60,855 bases of DNA, filler included, from Dugesia japonica (GCA_001938525.1; 6 parts of 6 records of this genome joined end to end with filler, not necessarily neighbours in it), one strand, 5' to 3'; numbered from the whole stretch's first letter, positions 42,270-55,440 are shown. Notes: generated by a model not told the origin, from the letters alone. Made by a program: numbers and translations.

Positions 42270-42814
42270 TATTTCAAATATTTGCTTTTTGTTTGTGTTT
42301 ATTAAACAAGAGTATTAAATAATTAAATGTAATTTTGACTAATTATTTTTATATTCTAATTCTAAATTATAGAAAATAAATAAAATTTTAAATATGAAAT
42401 TAAATTAGACTTTTATTTGAAATAAAATTATCTAACTTAATTTATTAATTATTCTAAATTTTATGTAATATTTTAAGTATTAACTTTATCTATCACTAAA
42501 TCCATTATGTGAAACGAATTCCAAATTCGAATATAAAATTTAAAGAATATTTTAATTCGTGATATAATGATTCGATGGAATTCCACAGAAAATCTTTGAG
42601 CACACTGCATTTAAGTATGTTTGGCTGGAACACAGACTAAAATCAAAATAATAAAAATTACAAGGAAATATAGACACAGGCGTGAAAATGGGATTAAATA
42701 AGAGTAACAATAGCCGATGATTGTTACTGGAGAATTGATGAGATTCTGATTTATTTTCTATAATTTATAATCAGAATAAAAAATTAATTAATCAAAATAA
42801 CATGAAACTATTTT

Positions 42815-42905
42815 ATACTTTTGACTAATAAACAAACAAAAATCAAATTTTTGAAATTATGAGTAACCGTGAAAGTCAACAAGTCGTGTAAATTTTTAAA
42901 CGATA
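42815..42905 (+). pseudogene. Inverted duplicate of the EDC4 5'UTR, exon 1 and donor site
   Basis: ATGAGTAACCGTGAAAGTCAACAAGTCGT-gtaaattttt (ATG at 42859) versus ATGAGCAGCCGTGAAAGTCAACAAATTAT-gtaaattttt; upstream 45 nt also similar. Confidence 0.75.
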
Positions 42906-45189
42906 TTACTGATAAAAAGATAAGACTCTGGAGTTTTATACTCCAGATGTTTTTATACTCCATACTTCAATGGTGTACATAAGGTGGGTAATTGAAGAGA
43001 AGTGGTTACATGACTTAATGGTGGGTTTATTTTACTAACACTCATTTTATCTTCATGGTACAACTGATATACTATCAACTTCATTATTTAACCAAATGCT
43101 GAGTATATCTGTGATCGTCATCCAATTGATATAGAATTTGCAATTTATTTTTAGTGAGTTTTCATAGTTACTTAACTGTGAATTTGAGAGCTTGCTTTAG
43201 TAAAACCATTAAACAAGCTCTTATCTTCTTATTTTAAAGATAAATTTAGATAATACTGTTTATTTCTTAGTGGGATCTAAAAGCTATTTTTGTAGCTTCA
43301 ATAACTCACTTTGGTAAAATCTTAGAATGATATATTTGATTTTATATGCATTTTACTACCGAAACCCAGAAAAAGACACTAAAATAAAAAAATATGATTT
43401 ACGGTATAAACAATAAACTTTCCTTAAAAAGCTAAGCGATTTTGATATAATTTGAAATTCATGTCTTTGACGTGTAATATTTACAAAAGTTATTTGAAGC
43501 CCTAATTGTAGGAATGTTGATTCGAATTGTGTTGGTGGTTTGTTGGGATGGGATGGTTGGCTATCTTTTCATTGGTTGCAAATATACTTTAAAATCTTTA
43601 GTTTAATAAATAATAGATTTTAAATAGAGGCAACTTTGTCTGAAAAGAGCAAAAGCGAAGAATAGCATTTAGTATGTTCTGTTACAGGAAAACCGCAGTT
43701 ATCTCAAGAGAACGAGAAGTTATTTATTTGCATTGGGTAGTTAGCGTCTTGTTAATAACGACTGCACCATTATTATTAGTGTAAGGTCTTTATTACTGAG
43801 TTTTAGTTTCGTTAGTCGCAAATATATCTCAAATAATAAATGTTATTAGACCAATATTGAGGAAGCAAACTGTAAAATAATGCAAGAGAAAATCAAAGTT
43901 AAAATACGGATATGGACACTACAGAAATACGAAATAATCCATTATAAATGCAAAAACAGTAAATAAAAACCAGTTACTGAATTTGGCAAGACAATGAATG
44001 AAGACAAAGAAAATATATAAAAATGAAATATCTGACAAATATTTTTGTGAAACTACATTTATTAACAAGTTATATCGGTTATGTTTCTCTTTGATTTGTA
44101 AATGCGAGTAACTTGTTATTTAAGTAAATTGAATTTAGTGTAAAATTTGAATAATTTCTCAATAAGGTTATTGTAAGTTTCAATTCAATCAAAGACACAA
44201 AACATAAAAGGATAAATACATAAATAAAAATATCTCGTTATAGATTCATTGAAATATAGTAAATACATGAAATTGGCACAATTGGATCATATTAACGTAC
44301 CAAAAAAATACTGGTACTATTGAAAATTTAGAATAAGATCAAACATCATAATTGGTGTTAGGTTTCAAACTATTTAAAAATATTAATATTGAAATGGGAA
44401 AAGTGAAAACGAAATTAGTGAGAAATGCGGTTATTATGGTCAGTTATCAATATAAATTTATGAGATAAAAACATAATTTATATTAAGAGCTTCTATTGCT
44501 CAAAACGATTAACTCAAAATTGAAGTTGTAAAGTANNNNNNNNNNNNNNNNNNNNNNNNNNNNNNNNNNNNNNNNNNNNNNNNNNNNNNNNNNNNNNNNN
44601 NNNNNNNAAATATTTTTACTTAAATCATAAAATAAATTTGTTAAATAATCATAAAAGTTTTACGTATTTAAGTGTTTTTTTGTTGTTGTCTTAAATAAAT
44701 CTTAGAATGAAAAGTGATCAATTTTTAAATGCAAAGATGAATGTTACAGATTCACAAAAGTTATTCTCAGTCACCTCGGCAATACATTACTGGTTGCGGA
44801 CAAATTGAGAACTAAAATTCAAATCTATTTAAAATCTATTTCTTTTTAAAAAATAATCCCGAAGAAGATAAAATCGAAAATTTGGGAAAAAATAAAAACG
44901 TTTTTTTTGAAAAAATCTTTGTAACTTTAATAAAAATTAAAAAAACATTTTTTGTTTAGTTTATTAGTTTATTTTTCGTAATTTTGAAAACATTGAATTT
45001 TATTATTCTGAGATCAATGGTTAAAATTTTAAAATCTAATTTTCACAATAAACAAAAAAAATGATCTGTATATTAAATAAATATTTGGAAAAACAAATTT
45101 TTTATTTAAAATTTATTTTTAAGTGCCAAGATTAAAATGACGTTCTTCTATTTTCAATATTTCAGAAAATTAAAAATTTTATGTTATAA

Positions 45190-45345
45190 TTTGCTACCAA
45201 TGAAAATTAATTTTAACTAAATTTATGTAAATTGTGTTTCTATTTAAACGTTTATAACCAGAATGAATTGAGCAATAGTTCCTGAAGAAGGCATAGCCGA
45301 AATATTAAACAATATATGAAGAACACCATTTTGATCTTTGCATTT
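45190..45345 (+). ncRNA. Minimal type I hammerhead ribozyme in a Penelope-like repeat, copy 2 (best preserved)
   Basis: GTTC-CTGAAGA(45282)-A-GGC-ata-GCC-GAAA-TATT-aaac-AATA-TA-tgaaGAAC. Core and stems II and III intact; stem I slightly off register. Confidence 0.7.
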
Positions 45346-46089
45346 AAAAATAAATTAAAAAAATTTTCTTTTCAAAATATTTATTTAATTAAAATTTCCT
45401 GTAAAATAATCAATTTGAATAATTAAAGAAAAAGTGAATATTATAACAACATTGTTAATACNAAAACTTTATTCCAAACAATGGTACTACTGAGAGGATT
45501 ATCGCCTCCTAATAAGATTTAAACAAAAAGCTAGATAAATAACAAGGCTATGAAGTACTTAATTGCAGAAGATTAAAATCAGTTGTGACATTCCAACACA
45601 TTTAACCAATTGACGTCTTTCTATTTCTCAATATACCTTTACAATTGCCTTATTATTTGATCTACAAATATTTTCCTGGAATTGGATCAATATTTTCAGA
45701 ATAATTTATTATTATAGTGGAATTCTGGTGAAATAGAAATTTTTAGAAAATTCTCTCTGATAACTCTTGGAAAGTAAAGTTCTGTATATTTATTGTTTTC
45801 CAGTAAAGTATTTCTACTAAATCAGATTATTTATTTCATTTGAGAAGATCAATATTTAGTTTTCGACAGCACAGTATCGATATGATGCCAACACATTCAA
45901 TATTCCAAATAAGAAATACAAATATACAGCGTTTTATTGATTTCATTAATTACAAATAATAATTTTGTTAATTTCTGCTAATTGCATCATAGTTGAGAAA
46001 ATATGTTATAAGAAATAATTATTAAATAACCGAAAGATTGGAATATATTCATGAATATAACATGATAATTAACATGACAAATCAACAAA

Positions 46090-49000
46090 TCAAACTGATA
46101 TCTGGTTAACAATGACATCATCAATTTTAAGATGATCTCCAGATCTTAATTTTGTTTTTACACGGTTCAATTCGGAAATTTGACGTCTTCGTAGATTATT
46201 AAAATTGGCATTCAGAGCATCGTACCTGCTTTCCATTGCGTATTGGAATGCATCTACAACCATCATCTGAAAGAAAAATAAATACAGGCAAGTTGATAAA
46301 TAATGATATTTTACGATTGTTAGCAAATTTTTGAGATTTGGAAAATTTTATAGTAAAACAACTTCACAATAGTAAGCAGATAGTGGCGCATCAGATAACC
46401 TCCCCCACTGACGTACAAAATTATTACGTAAGTAATTTGCTATTTTCTCTGCTTTTTAAGCAAATATAATTTGGCACACATTATATAATCGGATTAGGTG
46501 GTGTTAACTTCATCGTCGCGATTATTATGTAAGGGATTAAGTGATTTTGAATTCTTAGTATTTTCTAAGCGGCAGTATTTTTTTTTCTATTTCTTGGGTG
46601 ATTTTAGGTTAATTTTGGGTTTGGTCAATTTTGGTTGAATTATTTACGGAAATTGGTGTGAAATAGTCGAATTTGTTTAAATAATTAAAATTTTTATAGA
46701 AATTTTGGTAAACAATCTAAATTTTAAAAATCTTTTGAAAAACTATTTTTATCGAGATTTTTACACTAATCGATTCAGAATGACCTTGGGATAATTTTTA
46801 GCTAGAAATATTTTCTTCTCCAATTTAATTAAAAACTCTTCTATTCGATAGAGAATTTTAAGCTGACCATGATTAACCTAGTTAAAAGTCACCAAATCTT
46901 GTTGGGTGCTCAGTAAAATTTTCGTTAATATTTGAACATTTTTCTTCTTTGATCGTGGTGAATCACACATCATTCGATAGAGAATTTTTTACTTATCACT
47001 AAAAACATCATTTACAATTACCAAACTTAATTTTGACAGAGAAAACTCGAAAAAACATTCTCAAAATTAACGAGGATTCTTAACCGACACAAATAAAAAA
47101 TTATTTTTATAATTTTTATCCAAATTTAATGATCCATGCACTTTTCGATAGAGAACTTTTCACTGATTAAGAATAAATCCGGTAAAAAATGTCAAATCAA
47201 ATTACTTTGAAAATGGTTTACATTTTTTATTTCTTAATAAGTAATTTAAATTTCAAAAATGATATTTATAAAAATAAAAAGTATCTCAAAATTTATAATT
47301 AAATAATCTATTTAATAATTTTCAAATAATTAGTTGAAAAGTACCTAAAAACTTTAATTGTAAGTGTAAAATACAATAACTTTAGACTTTTTTAAATAAA
47401 TAGATTTAAGTTATTAAATTTAAAAATTAATGATAAAGAGGAAAAAACTTATGATTTGTAGTTACAAAATAAATAAAGATAGTTCTAGAATTAAATACAA
47501 TAAATCAAATATGGGTAATTTTTATTTTCAATTAGGATGTTAAAATTTTAAAGTAAAATTTACAATTTTTATATGTTGGATTATAATTTTAATATGATTG
47601 AATACACTTTTTATTTACATGTTAAAATTTCTGATTTTATTGGATTTTAAAGAATTAATTAATTCTGAAATATTTTAATGTTTTCAAGGGAAAATATCAT
47701 AAGTGAATGAATTACTTATCATATAATCCATAAAATCAGGAGCATAATTCCTGTTATTTAATGGTCCAATTGGATGGTTGGTGAAAATCCAATGAAATCT
47801 AAGAAAATTTATAAAACGTTGTATATATTTCTTAAAGTTTTTCATAAATCTATTAAAATTCTAAACAACCTAAAGATTTTAAGTAAATAACTTAAAGTAA
47901 CTCACACATCTTTTAAAACGTAGCCTATATTTTGTATGTTTTAATTAAAATTAATTAAAAATGTATTAAGAAATCAAAGAAAATTTAAGAAACTTCAAGC
48001 ATAATTTATTGAAATGAGTGGTCAAATGTATTAAGTGAATGTATTTAATAAATTAAGCATAAGCTCATTAAACGAATGATTGGTAGGTTAGATGAATTAT
48101 TTAAAATGAATAGTCAAATGGTTTGTTAATTACTTGTTTTAAAATCGGAAGGTCTATTTTATTATATTAAGGTGGAAATATGTGAATTGCATGTAAAATA
48201 TAGATTAAGGTTGACATTGTTCGAATTTTATAGTTGACTATGTGAAATAATTGATGAATGTAGTAGATTAAACAATTAACTGGTGTGTAAATTAATGGAT
48301 TTGGTATGTTAATTGAACATGTTTAAACTAATGAAAGCTTTATGAAAGCATAAAAAATCTCCGGAGAGAATATTAAAATTTGAAATCAATCTTTTACAAA
48401 GTATATTAAATTAATAGGTCATCAAACTTTATGCCACTTGTCAGTATTAGAATCATTATTTTTCCAGAGAAAATTATCACCAAAATATCACCTAAAACCG
48501 ATGAAGAAACAGATCAAACGGACCTCACCGAGTAAATTATTACCTAGAACTAGCCAAAACCAGACCTAATTAGACTTCAACAAGGAAATTTTTCTCGTCT
48601 AAAAAAACTGCCACATAAAAAGCTTAGAAAATACTAAAAATTCAAAATTACTTAATCCCTTACATTATAATCGAGACTGGTGATGAAAAATGGATAAATT
48701 TTATCAATAATAAGCAAAGTCATCATTGTTTGTAACCAAATGATTCCATACTCATTCTCTAGGAACCCTGATTCATGTCTCGAAGATCCTGTTTTGTGTA
48801 ATGTTCCCTAGTAATGTTCACTACGAGTGTTTGAAAAATAATCAAATAGTAACTGCACAGATTTACACAGAACAACTTGAACGTGCCAAAGAAACGTTGC
48901 TTCAGAAGCAACCTATGCTAACGAATAGAAATATAATAGAACAGACACTTTCCCGATGGATTATCATCTGTTTTTAACTACAGGAAATCATTTCAATAAT

Positions 49001-50478
49001 CAATATTTCAAAAATATTGAAAACATTTCAGCGAAAGTATGCATGTATTTCGTCTCTAAAACACAGATTTTCAAAAAAATGGAATTTACAAATTTATGCT
49101 CTATTTTTCATTATAAAGCTGACTATTTTGACGAATAAAATCATATTGTATGATTTATATTTTACATTTTATTTGACTTTCATAGCTTGATAAACAAATT
49201 CATGTGAACTTTGAGGTTTACCTAATTGTTGATGCAGTATCATTGAACATTTTTATTTTCAGGAATAATGATAATATTTGTTGATAAGCACAATGATATA
49301 CATCACATTTAAATTTAAAATAAATAAAACAACTCTAATTGATAAAATTCAAGAATTTACTTGAGATTGTATTCTTTTTAATCCTTTGAGCCACAAAACT
49401 TGACCAATCAATTGTTGTGAATCTAACGAGTCCTTAGTAAACATAACTGGAAGATTTACATTCTCGATTAACTTGTCTGATATGTCAATATCGGGTAAAA
49501 TTGAATCTGGAATAGAAATAATGACTTGACTCCATAGCAATTCACCTATTGCGAAAGATAGGCACCACATCCATTCATTGAAATCCAATTCTTTTGTGCT
49601 CAAAGCATGGCCTCCAAATTGAACAATTAAAATTTGGCTAACAATGGTGACAAGCCAAATCATGAAAAATATCGGATTACGTTGTAAACCACTAAAAACA
49701 TTTCTTTGGCCATGGATTTTTCTTGCGTTAAATTCATTGAATAACGTCATCAATACAAATGCGTTGAAAATCACTGTATAATGTTTATTAGGTCCTTTTA
49801 TACCTCTTAGTATCAAAGTTTCTCCATTATCTATGCAAAGCAGCCGATCTCCTAGAGTAATATTTTATCATTTATAACATGGTTTTATGAGATACCATAA
49901 AATAACAGAGTGGTTATCACAGCTATTTGGTAGATTGCGTGACCGACAATATTTTTAATCATAGTTTTATTGATCAGAGATGCTGTTCTGCCATATGGAG
50001 CTCGATCAAGCAATTCCTCGGAAGGAATCTCTGTTGCTAATGCCAATGAAGCTAATGTATCCATTATTAGATTTACCCATAACATTTGAATTGCTTTTAA
50101 TGGGCTGTCCTGAAAAAATGTTTTACTGAGCAACAAAATTAAGATTAATTATCAAACGGATATAAAACAGGCCCCAATAAATGCTATAATAATAGCCACA
50201 ACGTTGACAGTTAATTGGAATTGTAGAAATTTGGTAATTGAATCATAAACATTTCTACCCCACATTACAGCTTTAACAATACTATTGAAATTGTCATCAG
50301 TCAATATAATATCAGAGGCTTCTTTTGCAACATCTGTTCCAGCAATCCCCATTGCAAATCCTACGTCTGCTTTTTTAAGAGCGGGTCCATCATTTGTACC
50401 GTCTCCGGTAACTGCAACAATCTCCCTATTTACTGACAGAAAACTATTGATTATTCCATTGACAAGATTATATTTATC
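46090..50478 (-). CDS. ATP2B: Plasma-membrane Ca2+-ATPase (PMCA, P2B type), 3' exons 50478-50158, 50109-49896, 49851-49361, 46266-46090
   Basis: [75 protein letters not shown], CaM-binding [23 protein letters not shown]. In-phase GT-AG introns of 48 nt, 44 nt and about 3.1 kb. Confidence 0.95.
46371..48676. mobile_element. Long-inverted-repeat (Polinton-terminus-like/foldback) insertion in the last PMCA intron
   Basis: Starts AGTAAGCAGATAGTGGCGCA. 46519-46570 (CGATTATTATGTAAGGGATTAAGTGATTTTGAATTCTTAGTATTTTCTAAGC) is a close inverted copy of 48622-48673, with weaker similarity for about 80 nt further inward. Confidence 0.65.
48676..49226 (+). mobile_element. 3' half of a mariner in the PMCA intron
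   Basis: [43 protein letters not shown]; TIR-like end GGTTTACCTAA. Confidence 0.8.
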
Positions 50479-51774
50479 CTTAATATAAAAGTAATAAAAT
50501 GAAGAATTTTAGTTGAAATTTACATTACTTATGAAGAATAAAATAATTAATTTTTTATTTGTTTGCAAATTTTCTCAACTTCCTATCAGTGAATAGTTAA
50601 GATCATTCTGATCCGATTCTTCTTTATAAATTATTTGGAATAAAATTATAATGTTTGTATTTGAATATGCCAAATATTTATGTGCCATTAAGCAATATGA
50701 AAAAATTAATTTACTACAATGTGCTTTGACAATGACAATTATTTAATAAGTTCCTCGGAGACTCCCAAATAAAGTATTTGTTTCTCTATAACTTTTTATC
50801 TATAAGGTTTCTTGATTTTTAAATACGTTTTTCCTACTCAACTTTAAATTCTCTATCTAGTTGATACCTTAATGTTCGAATTTGAGTTACCCTTTCCAAA
50901 ATTCATAATTCCCTCCCGGACTCCCAAAATTAAGTACATGTTTTTNNNNNNNNNNNNNNNNNNNNNNNNNNNNNNNNNNNNNNNNNNNNTTAATTAATTA
51001 ANNNNNNNNNNNNNNNNNNNNNNNNNNNNNNNNNNNNNNNNNNNNGGGTAATTTGATATCAAAATTAATTATAAAGAACGGTTTTAATATAGCAATATAT
51101 TTTTGAAAAGCAAAACTTAACAACTTTTATAAGTTAAAAAAGTTTAAAATCACAATAATTTGCATATGATGGAGAAGATTGAAAAAGAAGAAAAATAGGG
51201 TTTTAGATTATTTGACAAAAAATACAATTTAGAATCATTTCAACACATCGATATCATTGCATGCCAGTAGCCAGAATAAGAGTTTTCTGTGGCGAATGAT
51301 AAATGAGGATGAAAAATAGATTTACTTCGATCATATGAAATTATAAATTTATAAACTCAAACCTGTTTTTGTGCGCTATATGAAAATTTCATATATTCAT
51401 ATACCTCACATAAACAGGTTTGAGTTTATGTGAACACAGTTTAACCAGAAAAATCGATTCCAAAAATGCAATGTGATTTTTAATTTTCGATATATTAAAA
51501 CAAAACGAAAGAATTATTATTATTATTTTTATTATTATTATATTATTATTATAATTATTATTATTATAATTATTATTATTAATATCATTATTATATAATA
51601 TTGAATGAGTTTATATGAAAATATGCATTTTATCTTCACAACACAGTAGCATACATATTGAGAAACAAAAATAAGTTTTCGTTGCAAAATATTTTTATCT
51701 TCCAATCAAGAAAAAATACAATTACAAAAATCAATTCGTTTTAACAACAAAACTTTTTGATTTAAAACATTTTT

Positions 51775-51930
51775 AAACAAGCGTGGATCAAAGTTTCTGT
51801 TCTTTATTTTTCAATATTTCGGCATAGTATTCTTCAGGAACTATTGTTCAGTAAAATCTTATTACAAACTTTGACATCAATACAGAGTTTAAATAAATCT
51901 GAGTAAATTCAATTTTCATTGGTTTTCAAT
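51775..51930 (-). ncRNA. Minimal hammerhead in a Penelope-like repeat, copy 3
   Basis: Minus strand: gaacaatagttc-CTGAAGA-atactatgcc-GAAA-TATT-gaaa-AATA-aaaGAAC...TTTGATC. About 150 nt homologous to 45190-45345. Confidence 0.65.
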
Positions 51931-52319
51931 TGTAATATAAAATTAAATGAAAGGCAACTTTGATATTTGCTAGTTAGAAAAATTTTTAAATAAAATACTT
52001 TTGTTGTTAAAAACGAATTTATTTTTTGATAGATTTATGGTTAAAAAATGTTTAAAAAAAGATTAATCATAAAAGTGATTACTTAAAATTATTAACTAAT
52101 ATTTATAAAAATATCTTTATAAATTAAAAACTTTTATTCAGAAAATTAGGAAGACAACATAATCTGAAATACAATTTAACATTTATATATAAACTATTTC
52201 GAAAAATTTCGTTTTGAAATTTTAAATATTCATAGATATTTCAAATTAAAATTGTGTTTAATTAATTGAATAGGTAAGCGTAACTTTAAATCCATGTTTT
52301 ATAAATTAATTAAAGATTA

Positions 52320-53340
52320 TTATGGAATGCACAAAAAATAACATGTAATTATTAATTGAAAATTTTAGACGTAATAACATGAAGCTTTGTGAGGTTTATG
52401 AGATCCTTCATAAAGTATGGCCGCAGGAATTTATAAGTGTTAGTCAAATTAAAAGACTTATGAGACAATTTTGTACTGGAGAAAAAAAACATTTCAGCGC
52501 TAGAAGGGAAGTGAAAAAAGAAAAAGAGAGGAATGATAATGCTAAAAGGTTTATTGAAGAATATGATAGTATGACTATTGAAAAAATATCCGAATATTTA
52601 CAAATAACGCGTTCAAGTATATCTCGAGATTCTAGGGTCACACACAACATGTGTACAATATGTTCTTACAGATGACAGCAAAGCTCTACATGTTGATCGA
52701 TATAATGAATTAATTGATTTATTACAAAAAAGGTTGTGTAGACTAAATCTTCTAACTGTTGACAAAAATTATTTTTATTGGCGAAGAATTAAAGATTCTA
52801 ACAAAATTAATACTTGGTTTACCGAAGAAGCTGTTGCTAGTGGATATGGTACTTCTCTGACTCCTGACAGATCAACGATGGAAAATGAGTATTTAGTCAT
52901 TATTGCTATTTCACAAAGAGGGCACCATTACTTTGAAAAAATAAAAACAGAATGAGACAATCAATGCTAAGATATATATCCAATTTTTTCAAAATCTTAT
53001 TAATTTTATTCAAAACGAATATCAAAGTTATCTCAAAATATGTATCTTATGCATGACAACGCTCGATCACATATTACTCATGATAATATTGAATTTCTAG
53101 ACAATAAAAACATAAAGCTTCTTTGCCAACTACCCTGTTGATCAGATATGAATATTTGTGACAATTATCTTTTTAAAAGACTGGAGAGAAGTCACGCAGA
53201 TTTTAAAAATATTGATGAAATACGAACATTTCTAAATAGTGANCCATTAAAATTCACAAATAATCGTATGACTAAAACATTGGATGCATCTATTAAAACT
53301 ACGAAGAAAATCATTGATGCTGGTGGCTGCTATGTATAAA
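52320..53340 (+). mobile_element. Degenerate mariner/Tc1-family transposase
   Basis: HTH-like KVWPQEFISVSQIKRLMRQF, LTVDKNYFY, LMHDNARSH, PC*SDMNICDNYLF, KIIDAGGCYV*. Confidence 0.85.
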
Positions 53341-54950
53341 AAACATTTACAGCGATTATTATTTTATAATACAGATCTAAAATGAAGTTTATCTTTTGAA
53401 TTTATTAAACAAATAAATTTAATTAAAAATATTTTAAAACAATTACATTTTTCGATAGAGCCTATAATTTAAGTACATCATATAATCCTTTCATTTACTT
53501 CAATTTTTAGTTTTATCTTATAATAAAATTATAAATGAAATTATTTGTTATGTATTATTGTTTTATGTTTGGTTAATTTCCGTAATAAATAATTCATCAA
53601 AAGGAATTATTGATCCATCAAGTTGATTCTTTGATAATTTGCTAATATTTGTTACAATGGATTTGTCAATTATAGATGTTAGAATTACTTTCTTTATGGT
53701 ATTTTACTTTGAAATTTGGGATTGTTTCATCACAATGTACTAAGCGGCTAATTTAAATGAATTATTATAGAAATTCTTTTTCAATTTATAAAAATCTTAT
53801 TTTTCTGACAAAGATATTTGCACAATTTACAATTTTTCAATTTGGTTTAATCTGGTTCTGTTGTATTATCTGTTAAAAAACTTTTTTGCCATGTAAATAA
53901 ACTTCTGTATTTAGTTTAATAATTACAATTATTGAGAGAATAATTGTTGGAATTAACCATAGTAGATAGATAGTGGCACACAGGAACAATTTAGCAATGA
54001 GCCAAAATTTGGGCACAATTATTTTTAAGCAGTTATCGAGCCCCCGAGAGGGGGGGGGCTCAGAAACACATTACGCTTGAGCTGCGTTTTTTTAACCATG
54101 ACTTTTGAAATTGATTTTTTTTATAAGGTTTTGGGATCAAAGCATTTTTGATCGGATCAAATTTTTTTTGATCTGATTAGTTTTTTTTATCCTGAGGGTG
54201 TGTGTATTTTTAATTTTCTGTGTGTTTGGGTTGTTAAGGTGTTTTTTAAAAAGTAGGTCAAGTTGTGTTTGTGTGTGTGTTTGTATGTGTGTGTAAAAGA
54301 CTGGAAAAAACGAGGAGGAGTAGCTGGAGATCTTGGAGATTTTTTTTTGAAGATTTTGAAGATTTATTTGTTGTTGGACAAAAATTTGGTCTATATATTG
54401 TCTAAAGGACTTATGAGTTTGGTTGGATGGTTTTCACTACAAGGGTAGTGACACACGGGCACAGGTGTATTAGTTATCGTGGGTGGTTTTTGTTTTGGTT
54501 GTAGGTTTTTATGTTGTTGATGGAATTTGTTGATTGATGAGTTGTTGGAGAGGTAATGTGATGGTGAAGATGTTGGTTGTCAAATATGCTTTGATTTTCT
54601 ATTTTAAGGGCTACTATTTGATTGGTTTATTTTGTAAGTAGTATAAGTGTGTTAAAAATTTTTTTCGTGAGGTGGAGGTTTGTATGTGTGCAAAGAGAAT
54701 TAATTATCGGATTTTTTAAGATTTATTTGAAAATTTTCTGTCGGTTGGTTATGACGTCATAAATTTTTGAAATATTTAATTTGATAAAAAATGCTGTATA
54801 TTGCTTAATTTGATGAATTTAATGAAAGTAATGTCATTTTTGAGTTTTTCATGTATTTTTAGTTATCTTTTTGGTATTTTTATCAGAAAAGTAATGTTTT
54901 GTAAGATTTTCGACTGGGAAAAAGGGGAGTCTTGATATTTTTGAAAATTT

Positions 54951-55050
54951 TTTTGGCGGGAAATTCAAAAAAAGTATTTTTGGCGTGAAATTCAAAAAAA
55001 AATATTTTTGGCGGGAAATTCAAAAAAATCTTTGTTTCGGGAAATTCAAA
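54951..55050 (+). promoter_or_regulatory. Four tandem E2F+CHR-like (DREAM-type) composite sites, period about 27-28 bp
   Basis: TTTTGGCGGGAAATTCAAA twice, TTTTGGCGTGAAATTCAAA, TTTCGGGAAATTCAAA. CRE TGACGTCA at 54752. Confidence 0.6.
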
Positions 55051-55234
55051 AAAAATTTAAAAACAATATTTTGGTTAGAAATTTTTTATGGCAATGGGGG
55101 GGGGGAATACTTTCATTATAATTAAATTAAATTAAATTACTTTTTTATGTTAAAGATATTTTGCAAGGGTCATGGGAGTCTCTATATTTTAGACGGTATA
55201 AGGGAGTCTAAAATTCATATGAGCGTGATTTTCA

Positions 55235-55440
55235 GTGCATGTGTGTTGCACCTGAGTTGTAAGCCTATTGCATTTATTAATAAAAAATTCATAATCTCGT
55301 GATTTATAATGTATGTGCGTTGCATCTGAGTTGCATACTTATTGCATTTATTTAAAATATAAATAAAAATTCCCAGGCATGTTATTTTATTTTCGTGTAT
55401 GTGTGTTGCTTATGAGTTGCATCCTATTGTATTTATTTAT
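55235..55440. repeat. Three dispersed ~43-bp direct repeats (GTATGTGTGTTGCAYCTGAGTTGCATxCTATTGCATTTATT)
   Basis: Copies at about 55235, 55311 and 55396. Confidence 0.8.

Noticed and set aside
50285-50488. Plus-strand ORF over PMCA (likewise 23158-23550, 52444-52650, 57905-58132)
   Set aside because: Antisense shadows of real or transposon coding sequence.
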